A DNA stretch of 42,907 nt, the filler included, from a candidate division NPL-UPA2 bacterium Unc8 (GTDB lineage: Bacteria; NPL-UPA2), in assembly GCA_003574845.1 (NCBI GenBank). It is 2 parts of 2 records of this genome, joined end to end, with 100 filler letters (N's around TTAATTAATTAA, not from the genome) between each part and the next. Parts side by side here need not be neighbours in the genome. Positions count along the whole stretch, not along the records: positions 1 to 12,722 come from NDHY01000004.1; positions 12,823 to 42,907 come from NDHY01000009.1. The stretch is one strand, 5' to 3'. Both the position numbers and the translations under genes were made by a program. The notes below the pieces were generated by a model that ran no database searches, was not told the DNA's origin, and saw only the letters and a program-made list of their open reading frames with translations. Positions 9,349-17,702 of the stretch are shown one piece after another. Position 1 is the first letter of the stretch. Every line of letters begins with the position of its first letter.

Positions 9349-10478
9349 AGAATCACCATGTTATTGCGGTGCACTACTTCATCATAATGCTTATAACCTA
9401 AAATGGGCTCTATATCCTGGGTTTTTACGCCTTTTATCCTGTCTAATTCTATGGAGGAATAATTCGTCAATCCGCGGGCAAACTCCTGACAAGAACTTTC
9501 ATCAATAATTTGCACAAGATCTCCGCACTCAAAATTGCCACTCTGATTAATAACTCCCCGTGGCAGGAGGCTCTTCCCTTTGTGTCTTAAAGCCGCTGTA
9601 GCGCCACCGTCAATGGTTATTTTACCCTTTATCTTCCCGCTAAATACAATCCACCGCTTGCGGCTTTCCATTCTCCGATGTGGGAGAAAGAGTGTTCCGA
9701 CTTCCTCGCAGGCAAGAATTTTCTCCAAAATATGTTTTTTCTTTCCATTGGCAATAACAACAGGGATTCCACAGTTTGTAGCAATCTTTGCTGCCTGAAA
9801 CTTCGTCTGCATACCCCCCGTTCCATCCGGTCCACCGGCTCCTCCCGCCAGAGACTCCATCGCTGCATCAACTTCCGGAATAATATTTACTACCTTGGGT
9901 TTTCCCATGGTTGAATCTCTCAGTACTCCATCAACATCGCTCAATATAACCAAAAGGTCTGCCTCTATCAGGTTTGTAACTAATGCCGAAAGAACATCGT
10001 TATCGCCAAACTTTATTTCATCTGCCGCAACAGAGTCATTTTCATTGATAATTGGAAGAACTCCGAGTTTAAGAAGAACTATCAGGGTATTTCGCGCATT
10101 GAGATAACGTTTGCGGTCGGAGAGATCATCCCGGGTGAGAAGCATCTGGGCAATGAGCAGCCCTTTCTCCCGAAACAGTTGTTCATAGAGATGCATTAAA
10201 GAGCTCTGACCCACCGCAGCAGCAGCTTGCTTGTCTAATATTGTGAGTGGCTTCTTCTTCCACCCTAACTGTCTTGCCCCTGCGGCAATTGCTCCTGATG
10301 TAACAAGAACAACCTTCACTCCTGACTGACGCAATGAGTTCACCTCAGAAACTATTTTTTCCATTTTCTTCGCGCCCAACCCCCGGGATGGAGAGGTAAG
10401 TAAGGTGGTCCCGACTTTCACGACGACACACTTTACCTTTTTCAGCACATCTTTACGATTAATAGAAAAATTATCCAT
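9345..10478 (-). CDS. proB: Glutamate 5-kinase with PUA domain
   Basis: VVKVGT, TSGAIAAG, INENDSV, FGDND, GTGGMQTK. Confidence 0.97.
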   Translation of the reverse strand: MDNFSINRKDVLKKVKCVVVKVGTTLLTSPSRGLGAKKMEKIVSEVNSLRQSGVKVVLVTSGAIAAGARQLGWKKKPLTILDKQAAAAVGQSSLMHLYEQLFREKGLLIAQMLLTRDDLSDRKRYLNARNTLIVLLKLGVLPIINENDSVAADEIKFGDNDVLSALVTNLIEADLLVILSDVDGVLRDSTMGKPKVVNIIPEVDAAMESLAGGAGGPDGTGGMQTKFQAAKIATNCGIPVVIANGKKKHILEKILACEEVGTLFLPHRRMESRKRWIVFSGKIKGKITIDGGATAALRHKGKSLLPRGVINQSGNFECGDLVQIIDESSCQEFARGLTNYSSIELDRIKGVKTQDIEPILGYKHYDEVVHRNNMVIL

Positions 10479-10492
10479 TTACCATTTACCAA

Positions 10493-10741
10493 TCAGCCCA
10501 GTACATCAATCCTTTGAGTTTTGCCTGATTTCCTGAACTGGACAACTCCTTCAACAAGCGCAAACAGGGTATCATCTCCTCCCAGACCAACATTCTTTCC
10601 CGGCTTGAATCTTCTTCCTCTCTGTCGGATAAGGATACTACCCGCAGAGACAAGTTGTCCCCCAAATCGTTTCACTCCCAAGCGCTGAGAATGACTATCG
10701 CGATTATTCCGAGAGCTACCCATTCCTTTCTTATGAGCCAT
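10493..10741 (-). CDS. rpmA: 50S ribosomal protein L27
   Basis: [28 protein letters not shown]. Confidence 0.97.
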   Translation of the reverse strand: MAHKKGMGSSRNNRDSHSQRLGVKRFGGQLVSAGSILIRQRGRRFKPGKNVGLGGDDTLFALVEGVVQFRKSGKTQRIDVLG

Positions 10742-11060
10742 CTTTAACTTCTCCTTTTATTTTTAGAATTTTGATTTCAGTAAACTGCTGACGATGCCCG
10801 GTCTTGCGACTATAGCCTTTTCTTCGCTTCTTTTTAAAGACGACAATCTTTTTTTCTTTTCCGTGTCCCCTGACCTCCGCATCTACACTTACTCCCTGGA
10901 GGTTTGGTCGGCCAACAGAGACTTCATCTCCATCACACAAAAGAAGAACATCGTCTATCTTTATCTTCTCACCTTCAGCAAAGGTCATCTTTCTTGCCTG
11001 AATCACATCTTCATTACGAACAAGATGCTGCTCGCCGCCTATTCTGATAACTGCATACAT
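10731..11060 (-). CDS. rplU: 50S ribosomal protein L21
   Basis: [16 protein letters not shown]...GHRQ.FT. Confidence 0.97.
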   Translation of the reverse strand: MYAVIRIGGEQHLVRNEDVIQARKMTFAEGEKIKIDDVLLLCDGDEVSVGRPNLQGVSVDAEVRGHGKEKKIVVFKKKRRKGYSRKTGHRQQFTEIKILKIKGEVKDGS

Positions 11061-11096
11061 TGTCTTAATAACCTCTCCCTATTATGCCCTTTGGGC

Positions 11097-11190
11097 AAAA
11101 TGCAAAAATCAAATTGCAAATTTTAAATTGCAAATTCTTTCCTCTTTCCCTTTGCCGATCCCCGACCCCTGAACCCTGAACCCTGAACCC
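11097..11190. repeat. Runs of degenerate 7-bp tandem repeats between rplU and nagB
   Basis: AAAATGC-AAAAATC-AAATTGC-AAATTTT-AAATTGC-AAATTCT, then CCGATCC-CCGACCC-(CTGAACC)x3. Confidence 0.7.
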
Positions 11191-11970
11191 TTACTTTGTG
11201 TCTCTGTTCATCCTGATTACTTGCAGCTCACCTGGATAACAACGCGATAGCCTGCCGGCAGCAGCGCGCTCAACAATTACCGTTGTCTTCCGGTGAAGCT
11301 GAACAACGGTGGCTGGAACCATAGCCGTTATTGGACCCTCAATCATACTTGCTACTGCCCCGGCTTTTTCCTCTCCATTAGCAAGGAGGATTAGCTCTCT
11401 GGCATCCATAATGGTTCCAATACCCATCGTAATAGCATGGCGAGGGACATTCTCCCGACAAGGAAAAAAGCGGGAATTATTCTGAATTGTCTCTTCGCTT
11501 AGAGTTTCAATGCGAGTGCGTGACCCCAGGGATGAGCCCGGCTCATTGAAAGCAATATGCCCGTTTGAGCCTATGCCAAGGATTTGCAGGTCTATTCCCC
11601 CGGCTTCTTCAATTTTCTTTTCATATTCAATGCAAGCAAGCTCAATATTCTCTGCCATCCCATCCGGCAGATATGTATTTTCTTTCTTGACGTTAATATG
11701 ATCAAGCAGATTCTGATTTATAAAATAGCGATAACTTTGAGGATGCTCCGGCGGCAACCCAATATACTCGTCTAAATTAAAGGTCACTACCTGAAAAAAG
11801 GACAGCCCTTCATCTTTGTGCATGCGAATAAGTTCCCTGTAAATGCCCAGTGGGGTGCTCCCGGTAGCCAGACCGAGGACAGAACGAGGCTTATTCCTGA
11901 CAATCCTGGCAACTATCTCCGCGCCAAGAGCACTCATCTGCTCATAGCTTTCCTTGATTACTACTTCCAT
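11191..11970 (-). CDS. nagB: Glucosamine-6-phosphate deaminase
   Basis: LGLATGSTP, TFNLDEY, GIGSNGHIAFNEPGS, AITMGIGTI. Confidence 0.96.
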   Translation of the reverse strand: MEVVIKESYEQMSALGAEIVARIVRNKPRSVLGLATGSTPLGIYRELIRMHKDEGLSFFQVVTFNLDEYIGLPPEHPQSYRYFINQNLLDHINVKKENTYLPDGMAENIELACIEYEKKIEEAGGIDLQILGIGSNGHIAFNEPGSSLGSRTRIETLSEETIQNNSRFFPCRENVPRHAITMGIGTIMDARELILLANGEEKAGAVASMIEGPITAMVPATVVQLHRKTTVIVERAAAGRLSRCYPGELQVIRMNRDTK

Positions 11971-12054
11971 CGCTTTCTTTTGGCTATGCTATCACAAACA
12001 CTGCCGATAAGTAAAGATAAAAAGGTTCAAGGGTTCACAGGTTCAGGGGTTTGT

Positions 12055-12083
12055 TTGCTTAAAAGCATCTTTTTCTGTATAAT
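12055..12083 (+). promoter_or_regulatory. Putative sigma70 promoter for mpg
   Basis: TTGCTT-17 nt-TATAAT, ending 8 nt before the ATG. Confidence 0.55.
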
Positions 12084-12091
12084 AGCAACTT

Positions 12092-12652
12092 ATGCTCAAA
12101 ATTTTAAGAGGAAAAAAATTAGGTAAAAGTTTTTTTGACCGGCCAACCGTCAGGGTAGCCCGGGAGCTTCTGGGAAAATATTTAATTGTCAATCAAAATG
12201 AGCACTTTCAAATCGGTCAAATTATTGAAACCGAGGCTTATGTAGGAGAAGAAGACAAAGCCTGCCATGCTTGGCGAGGCTGCACGCCAAGAAACAAAAC
12301 TATGTGGGGGCAGGCGGGTGTACTCTATGTTTACTTGATTTATGGAATGTATCATTGCCTGAACATTGTTACAGAGCAGGCTGGTTTTCCAGCAGCAGTT
12401 TTAATTCGTGGGTTAGAGCCCATCTCCGGCATTAGCGGAGAAGTTAACGGGCCTGGAAAATTATGTCGTGAACTTGGAATAACTACCAAAAACACTGGTG
12501 TTGACATTACAGAAAGCAACAAAATTTACATTAATGATATTGATATTGGTAGAAAATCAAAAAGAGTTATTGTTGCCGAAAGAGTGGGCGTTGACTATGC
12601 CGGAGAGTGGGCAAGAAAAAAATGGAGATTCCTTAGAGGAAAAACAAAATGA
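12092..12652 (+). CDS. mpg: DNA-3-methyladenine glycosylase (AAG/MPG family)
   Basis: IIETEAY, YVYLIYGMYHCLN, AVLIR.LEP, NGPGKL, RVG. Confidence 0.93.
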   Translation: MLKILRGKKLGKSFFDRPTVRVARELLGKYLIVNQNEHFQIGQIIETEAYVGEEDKACHAWRGCTPRNKTMWGQAGVLYVYLIYGMYHCLNIVTEQAGFPAAVLIRGLEPISGISGEVNGPGKLCRELGITTKNTGVDITESNKIYINDIDIGRKSKRVIVAERVGVDYAGEWARKKWRFLRGKTK

Positions 12653-12722
12653 GTAAACTTTTAATTACCGGTTGTGCCGGCTTTATCGGTTGGAATGTAA
12701 CCGAACTGGCACTGCGTGATAG
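12649..12722 (+). CDS. 5' fragment of an NAD-dependent epimerase/dehydratase, cut by the contig end
   Basis: MSKLLITGCAGFIGWNV, a Rossmann GxxGxxG motif; ATGA overlap with the mpg stop. Confidence 0.75.
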
Positions 12723-12822
12723 NNNNNNNNNNNNNNNNNNNNNNNNNNNNNNNNNNNNNNNNNNNNTTAATTAATTAANNNNNNNNNNNNNNNNNNNNNN
12801 NNNNNNNNNNNNNNNNNNNNNN
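12723..12822. other. Artificial contig-joining linker / assembly gap
   Basis: 44 N, TTAATTAATTAA (stops in all six frames), 44 N. Confidence 0.97.
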
Positions 12823-12832
12823 TGTCACTGCC

Positions 12833-12883
12833 CTCGCAATGACAAAGAGGGCTGTCATTGCGAGCCGAAGGCGAAGCAATCTC
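12833..12883. repeat. REP-like palindromic element, partial copy at the contig edge
   Basis: CTCGCAATGACA/TGTCATTGCGAG inverted repeat plus CCGAAGGCGAAGCAATCTC; nearly identical to parts of 25037-25166. Confidence 0.85.
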
Positions 12884-12897
12884 AAAGCAATCTTTTA

Positions 12898-13509
12898 TCA
12901 GTTCTCACTTTCCAATCTGATGGTAAATATTTCTTCCCCTCTGACCAGAACAACGCTATCCGATGTAATCTCCATTACTTTTACTTTGCCAATAGTATCT
13001 CCCGGGCGAACAACTCTGCGATTAAGGAGAGCGCGTGAGTTTGCTCCATCAAAAATAATTGCCGAAAGTAGCCATCTTTCATCTCTCAATCTTCGTGGGG
13101 GAGCAGGCAGTTCTTTTTCTTTCTCAAGTTCCTCTTTGAGGGGTGGGACCTCTTCTAACAGGGCTTTCTCAGGAAGGGGCAATGCTTCTGGCAATATGAG
13201 AGCAGGCTCAGCTATCAAGGGAGCTGGGTGCTCTGTTTTTAAGATTTCTTTCCACCATAAGTAGATGAAAAAAGAAAGGATTGCTATCAGGGCAAGGACA
13301 CCAAAGGCAAGTATTTTGCTGTTAATCTTTTTTGCGGACCATTCTTTAATTTTATCTGTGAGAGCAAAAGAACCGGCTTTTCCTTTGGTTTTTTCTGAGG
13401 GTGAATAAATAGCATTAAGGGGATGTTTTCCTCTATCCTTTTTAATTGGTATAGCGGTTTTTTCAAATATAGGATTATTTTTCAAGGAAAACTTTTTTGC
13501 CGTCATCAT
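12898..13509 (-). CDS. Bitopic membrane protein with Pro-rich linker and C-terminal GspB/MshK-like beta domain
   Basis: One hydrophobic helix (ILAFGVLALIAILSFFIYLWW); C-terminal LSAIIF..ALLN..V..GD.IG.VKV.EI..DSVVL pattern. Confidence 0.65.
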   Translation of the reverse strand: MMTAKKFSLKNNPIFEKTAIPIKKDRGKHPLNAIYSPSEKTKGKAGSFALTDKIKEWSAKKINSKILAFGVLALIAILSFFIYLWWKEILKTEHPAPLIAEPALILPEALPLPEKALLEEVPPLKEELEKEKELPAPPRRLRDERWLLSAIIFDGANSRALLNRRVVRPGDTIGKVKVMEITSDSVVLVRGEEIFTIRLESEN

Positions 13510-14288
13510 TTATTCCTTTCATTCATTCTGTTGAGGAATTCATTTGCCAGAGCTAAATAATTTCTCGCTCCGATGCAAACCGGGTCATATTGAAATATTG
13601 TCTGTCTTTTTGATGGAGCCTCTTTAAGTTTTACATTTACCCTGATTACTTCTTTATAAATTAGGTTTCCAAACTTCGCTTTTAAAAGATTGATTGTTTC
13701 ATCCGAGATATTTTCCCGACAATCATATTTTGTAATAACGAAGCCGATGACTTCAACATTGCTGCCTAAATTTTCCTGAGAAATATTTATGGTATCAAGC
13801 AGAAGATTAAGTCCGACAAGGGAAAGGAAGTCGGAAAATACTGGTATCAATATGTAGTCGGCGGCAACGAATGAGTTTATAGTGAGTAAGCTCAAGGAGG
13901 GGGCAGTATCAATAAAAACATAATCGTATGCTTCAATCACATCAGGAGTAAAGCTTCTCTTTAAGGCAAACTCGCGGCCATATGTCTGAATAAGTTGAAT
14001 TTCAGCTCCTGCCAGTTGCAGATTACCAGGAGCCAGGCTAAGACCATTAGTGGTTGTCTCCTCAACAATGGAAGAGATTTTCCTGTTCTTATCAATTAAT
14101 ACTTCATACATAGAAGGTTTCTCATCGTGAGCGTTTTTTGAGAGAATGTAAGAGGCGTTTCCTTGCGGGTCCATATCTATCACAAGCACCTGCTGGCCGC
14201 GAATGGAGAGCGCTGCCCCTAAATTTACTGATAAAGAAGTCTTTCCCACGCCGCCTTTCTCATTGGCAATAGTTATTATTTTTCCCAT
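13506..14288 (-). CDS. parA: ParA/Soj family ATPase
   Basis: Deviant Walker A KGGVGKT, IDMDPQGN, IDTAPSL, V.L.EAPS. Confidence 0.93.
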   Translation of the reverse strand: MGKIITIANEKGGVGKTSLSVNLGAALSIRGQQVLVIDMDPQGNASYILSKNAHDEKPSMYEVLIDKNRKISSIVEETTTNGLSLAPGNLQLAGAEIQLIQTYGREFALKRSFTPDVIEAYDYVFIDTAPSLSLLTINSFVAADYILIPVFSDFLSLVGLNLLLDTINISQENLGSNVEVIGFVITKYDCRENISDETINLLKAKFGNLIYKEVIRVNVKLKEAPSKRQTIFQYDPVCIGARNYLALANEFLNRMNERNK

Positions 14289-14503
14289 ATCTTAGGTGAA
14301 TAATTTTTCCGGGCAAGAAAATAGTTGGTTTCTTTAACATCCTTTACTATTTTCTTAATCTCTTTGCCTGTATAGATTCTCCAGCCTTTCGCATCTCTTC
14401 TTGCTTGAGGGATATATTTTTTCTTCTCCCAACGCTTGACAGTTAAGGGGGAGCGACCAAGGCGAAGTGAGAGGTCCTTTATTCTATAAATTATCTCAGC
14501 CAT
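14276..14503 (-). CDS. Small MerR/BldC-like HTH DNA-binding protein (ATG at 14503 preferred)
   Basis: YRIKDLS..LG.S..TVKRWEK...IP.ARRD..GWRIYT matches the MerR N-terminal HTH; no effector domain. Confidence 0.8.
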   Translation of the reverse strand: MAEIIYRIKDLSLRLGRSPLTVKRWEKKKYIPQARRDAKGWRIYTGKEIKKIVKDVKETNYFLARKNYSPKIWEK

Positions 14504-14598
14504 AGTAAATTCCAAATTCCTCTTTAATCTATGCTACCTATATCTATAACATACATCAAACTGTTATGTCAAGAAAAATCGTAGTTGATTAATTAACC

Positions 14599-14627
14599 TT
14601 GACTTTTGCTTCATCTGACAGTAGAAT
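14599..14627 (+). promoter_or_regulatory. sigma70 promoter of the tRNA-Leu/Val operon
   Basis: TTGACT-17 nt-TAGAAT, ending 9 nt upstream of tRNA-Leu. Confidence 0.75.
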
Positions 14628-14636
14628 AGCTAAGAA

Positions 14637-14720
14637 GCCGGGATGGTGGAATTGGCAGACACGCCAGCTTGAGGGGCTGGTGGGAGCAATCCTGTAGGGG
14701 TTCAAATCCCCTTCCCGGCA
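14637..14720 (+). tRNA. tRNA-Leu (GAG)
   Basis: GCCGGGA/TCCCGGC acceptor stem, CCAGC-TTGAGGG-GCTGG anticodon arm, long variable arm, GGTTCAAATCC. Confidence 0.95.
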
Positions 14721-14724
14721 GCGG

Positions 14725-14798
14725 GGGCGGTTAGCTCAGTCCGGGAGAGCGCTACCCTTACAAGGTAGATGCCACTGGTTCAAACCCAGTACCGCCCA
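14725..14798 (+). tRNA. tRNA-Val (TAC)
   Basis: GGGCGGT/ACCGCCC acceptor stem, CTACC-CTTACAA-GGTAG anticodon arm, GGTTCAAACC. Confidence 0.95.
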
Positions 14799-14811
14799 TA
14801 ATACATAATAA

Positions 14812-15357
14812 TTAAAAGAAAATACTCCCTCGTACATTTCCTTGAATGATAATTTTTTCAACCTCTTCTCCTCCTTCAGTGAGATGTATTGTTATTTTAT
14901 CTCCGTGAAGAATATTTTTCCCCCGCTGTATTTTAACACTTCCCTCCAGAACTATAAGCAGTTTTTCCGGCTCATATAACACCATATCAGAATGACGGAT
15001 AATTATCTCCTCTTTCAGTCCAATTACCCCGCTTCCTTCTTCAATCTCCATCTTTTCGGTTTTCTGCTCCCATTTTCCTCGCTTGCCTGCAAGCTCAATG
15101 AAATGCTCGCTTTCCGGGAATAACCTCTTGATTTTAGGTTCCTCTATCGCAATAATTCTGTCCTGCAAGACGATGGCAGAGGCTCCACTTAGCTGGAGTA
15201 CTGGCTCTCCTCTCTCGGTTCTTGTATGAGAAAATCCTATTACTCTATCGCCAATTCTTTCCTGAAAAGATAATTCACTGCCTTCAGCCTCTGCGAATAA
15301 ATACCAACTTCCTGTGAAAATTACCACCAGCCCCAGATAAAGAAGCCACTTAAACAA
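14812..15357 (-). CDS. LptC/LptA (OstA)-like LPS transport periplasmic protein
   Basis: N-terminal membrane anchor; C-terminal L.G.V.I.RG.N.L.GDKITI OstA-like motif; follows kdsC. Confidence 0.65.
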   Translation of the reverse strand: MFKWLLYLGLVVIFTGSWYLFAEAEGSELSFQERIGDRVIGFSHTRTERGEPVLQLSGASAIVLQDRIIAIEEPKIKRLFPESEHFIELAGKRGKWEQKTEKMEIEEGSGVIGLKEEIIIRHSDMVLYEPEKLLIVLEGSVKIQRGKNILHGDKITIHLTEGGEEVEKIIIQGNVRGSIFF

Positions 15358-15358
15358 G

Positions 15359-15904
15359 TTAATCCCTTCGTCCCATTGAACGCATTTCCAATATTTTTTC
15401 CCATTTCCCTTGCGATTTAAGTATAAGCTCTATTATCTCACGCACGGCACCTTGCCCACCAGAAAGATGAGTTACATAAGCAGCTGACTTCTTTACTTCT
15501 TTGCAGGCATTGGGAACGCTTGCCGCAAACCCTACTCTTCTCATAATAGATAGGTCAAGAAGGTCATCACCAATATAAGCTACTTCCGCATCACTGAGTC
15601 CATACTTTTTAAGAAGTTCTTCGTAAGACTCTTCTTTTTTACTAACTCCCTGATATACATCATCTATGGACAACTCTTGCGCTCTCCTTTCCGTTGCTCC
15701 GGAGAAGCGGCCGGAAATAAGCGCTATCTTTAGCCCTGCACTTTTGGCAAGCACCACTCCCTCTCCATCAAGAACATTAAAAAATTTGAATTCCTCATTG
15801 CCGCTCCCTATAATAATTCTCCCATCGGTAAGCACTCCATCTACATCCATAACAAGTATTTTTATTTGCCTTACTCTATCTATTATTTTTTTTCTCACTT
15901 TCAA
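15359..15904 (-). CDS. kdsC: KDO 8-phosphate phosphatase (HAD family)
   Basis: MDVDGVLTDG, YIGDDLLD, GG.GAVRE. Confidence 0.95.
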   Translation of the reverse strand: MKVRKKIIDRVRQIKILVMDVDGVLTDGRIIIGSGNEEFKFFNVLDGEGVVLAKSAGLKIALISGRFSGATERRAQELSIDDVYQGVSKKEESYEELLKKYGLSDAEVAYIGDDLLDLSIMRRVGFAASVPNACKEVKKSAAYVTHLSGGQGAVREIIELILKSQGKWEKILEMRSMGRRD

Positions 15905-16743
15905 AGCCTCTTCTTACCTTTTTTAACAATTTTATCTATTTCTTTTACTCTTTCCAAAAGTGGCTTCAGTTCATCTGGAGTAAGCATATTTTGCCCATCG
16001 CAGGGAGCAGTTTCGGGCGAGGTGTGAACTTCAAGAAAAAGTCCATCGCAGCCAGCAGCAACCGCTGCACGGGCAAGGACTTCTGTGTATTTCTTTTCTC
16101 CTCCTGAAAAGTCACCACCACTTCCAGGAAGCTGCACACTATGGGTAGCATCAAAAATGACCGGGCAACCCAAGCTTCTCATTATTGGAAGTGAACGCAT
16201 GTCAGCAATCAGGTTGTGATAACCGAAAGATGTTCCTCTTTCAGTGAGGATAATATTTTCATTCCCACCTGACCTTACTTTTTTAATAACATTTTCCATA
16301 TCTTCGGGAGCAAGAAACTGTCCTTTTTTGATGTTGACTGCTTTACCACAGTACCCAGCCGACAGTAACAAAGCTGTCTGGCGGCAGAGGAATGCAGGAA
16401 TTTGAATCAGGTCCAGCGTCCGAGCTGCCTGCTCTATTTCTTCCTGGCAGTGAACATCAGCTGTAACAGGAACTCCAACTTCTTTCCTTACCCTGGCAAG
16501 AATTTTCAATCCATCTTTTATCCCCGGTCCCCGAAATGAATTAATTGATGTGCGATTGCCCTTATCGTAAGATGCCTTAAAAATAAATGGCATTCCAATT
16601 TCTTCACTTATCTTTTTTATCCTCTGAGCTATCTGAAGAGAAAGAATTTCACTTTCAAGAACGCAAGGACCGGCAATAAGCACCAAAGGATTTCTACTCC
16701 CGATTGACACATCTCCTATTTTTACCTGCTTGCTGCCTATCAT
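15901..16743 (-). CDS. kdsA: KDO 8-phosphate synthase (start corrected to ATG 16743)
   Basis: IAGPCVLE, KASYDKGNRTS, QIPAFLCRQT, KKGQF, DATHSVQ.PG; ATGA overlap with the upstream stop. Confidence 0.96.
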   Translation of the reverse strand: MIGSKQVKIGDVSIGSRNPLVLIAGPCVLESEILSLQIAQRIKKISEEIGMPFIFKASYDKGNRTSINSFRGPGIKDGLKILARVRKEVGVPVTADVHCQEEIEQAARTLDLIQIPAFLCRQTALLLSAGYCGKAVNIKKGQFLAPEDMENVIKKVRSGGNENIILTERGTSFGYHNLIADMRSLPIMRSLGCPVIFDATHSVQLPGSGGDFSGGEKKYTEVLARAAVAAGCDGLFLEVHTSPETAPCDGQNMLTPDELKPLLERVKEIDKIVKKGKKRL

Positions 16744-17702
16744 TTTGAGAGTTCTTCCCTGGAAACAGTAGCTGTGCCGAATTTGGCTACAACTATCCCG
16801 GCAGCCAAATTTGCCAGAGACGCTGCTTCCTGCAGAGTAGCTCCACAGGAGAGGGCAAGGGCAAGAGTTGCTACAACGGTATCTCCTGCTCCGCAAACAT
16901 CATAAACTTCCTGGGCAATGGTAGGAATATGGACAATCTCCCCGGTCTTCTCAAGCAGGCACATGCCATCTTCTCCCAATGTGATTAACACTGCTTCTTC
17001 AACTATCTCACTGAGAATTTGCCGACCCGCATCTTCCACTTCATTTCTTTCTCTGACCTTCATCCCAACGAATGCTTCAGTCTCCTGCCTGTTTGGAGTA
17101 ATAATGCTTGCACCATTATATAATGAAAAATCTCTCCTTCCCGGATCAACAATTATTCTTTTCCCCATCTCAATAATTGTCCTGAAAAGCTGTGGTGTTA
17201 TTACGCCATTGCCGTGATCTCCGATAACGATTACCTCAATATCGCTCCGATGCTTTTGACAATATGCAGAAATACTTTCTCTGACGGAGCCAGTGATTTC
17301 CAGTTTCTTTTCCTTGTCAATTCGCGCTAACTGCTGCTGCTGGGCAATAATACGGGTTTTTGTTGTTGTTGAATATTCATCAAGAATCATTAATCCCTGG
17401 GTGTCAAGGCCCTTTTCTTTCAGCTTCTTACAGAGAATCCTTCCATGAAGGTCGTCCCCTATTACGCCACTGAGCAAGACATTTCCTCCAAGCGTGCCAA
17501 TATTATTGGCGGTATTAGCCGCTCCTCCTAACATAAATGATTCTTTTACCACTTCAACAACAGGGATTGGTGCCTCACGAGAAATACGAGAAACCTTTCC
17601 CCAGAGAAATTCATCTATCATAACATCGCCCACTACAAGGACTTTTCCCTCATGAAAGCGAGAAATTATCTCTCTTTTTCTCTGTTCATTAAGAGTTTTC
17701 AC
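16740..17702 (-). CDS. rfaE1: D-glycero-beta-D-manno-heptose 7-phosphate kinase (PfkB family)
   Basis: GDVMIDEF.WG.V.RIS.EAP.PV, GGAAN, DVCGAGDTV. Confidence 0.92.
   Translation of the reverse strand: MKTLNEQRKREIISRFHEGKVLVVGDVMIDEFLWGKVSRISREAPIPVVEVVKESFMLGGAANTANNIGTLGGNVLLSGVIGDDLHGRILCKKLKEKGLDTQGLMILDEYSTTTKTRIIAQQQQLARIDKEKKLEITGSVRESISAYCQKHRSDIEVIVIGDHGNGVITPQLFRTIIEMGKRIIVDPGRRDFSLYNGASIITPNRQETEAFVGMKVRERNEVEDAGRQILSEIVEEAVLITLGEDGMCLLEKTGEIVHIPTIAQEVYDVCGAGDTVVATLALALSCGATLQEAASLANLAAGIVVAKFGTATVSREELSK

Noticed and set aside
12723-12822. TTAATTAATTAA motif, and adjacency of the epimerase fragment to the ParA operon
   Set aside because: Artificial linker; the two sides need not be neighbours in the genome.
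12898-14798. MerR-ParA module as a tRNA-integrated element or plasmid remnant
   Set aside because: It lies on the 5' side of the tRNAs, and there is no integrase, rep gene or duplicated tRNA 3' end in view. The contig end limits certainty.
16744-16896. Cys-rich N-terminal extension of KdsA in the ORF track
   Set aside because: It overlaps rfaE1 in another frame. The ATG at 16743 gives the normal length and an ATGA overlap.
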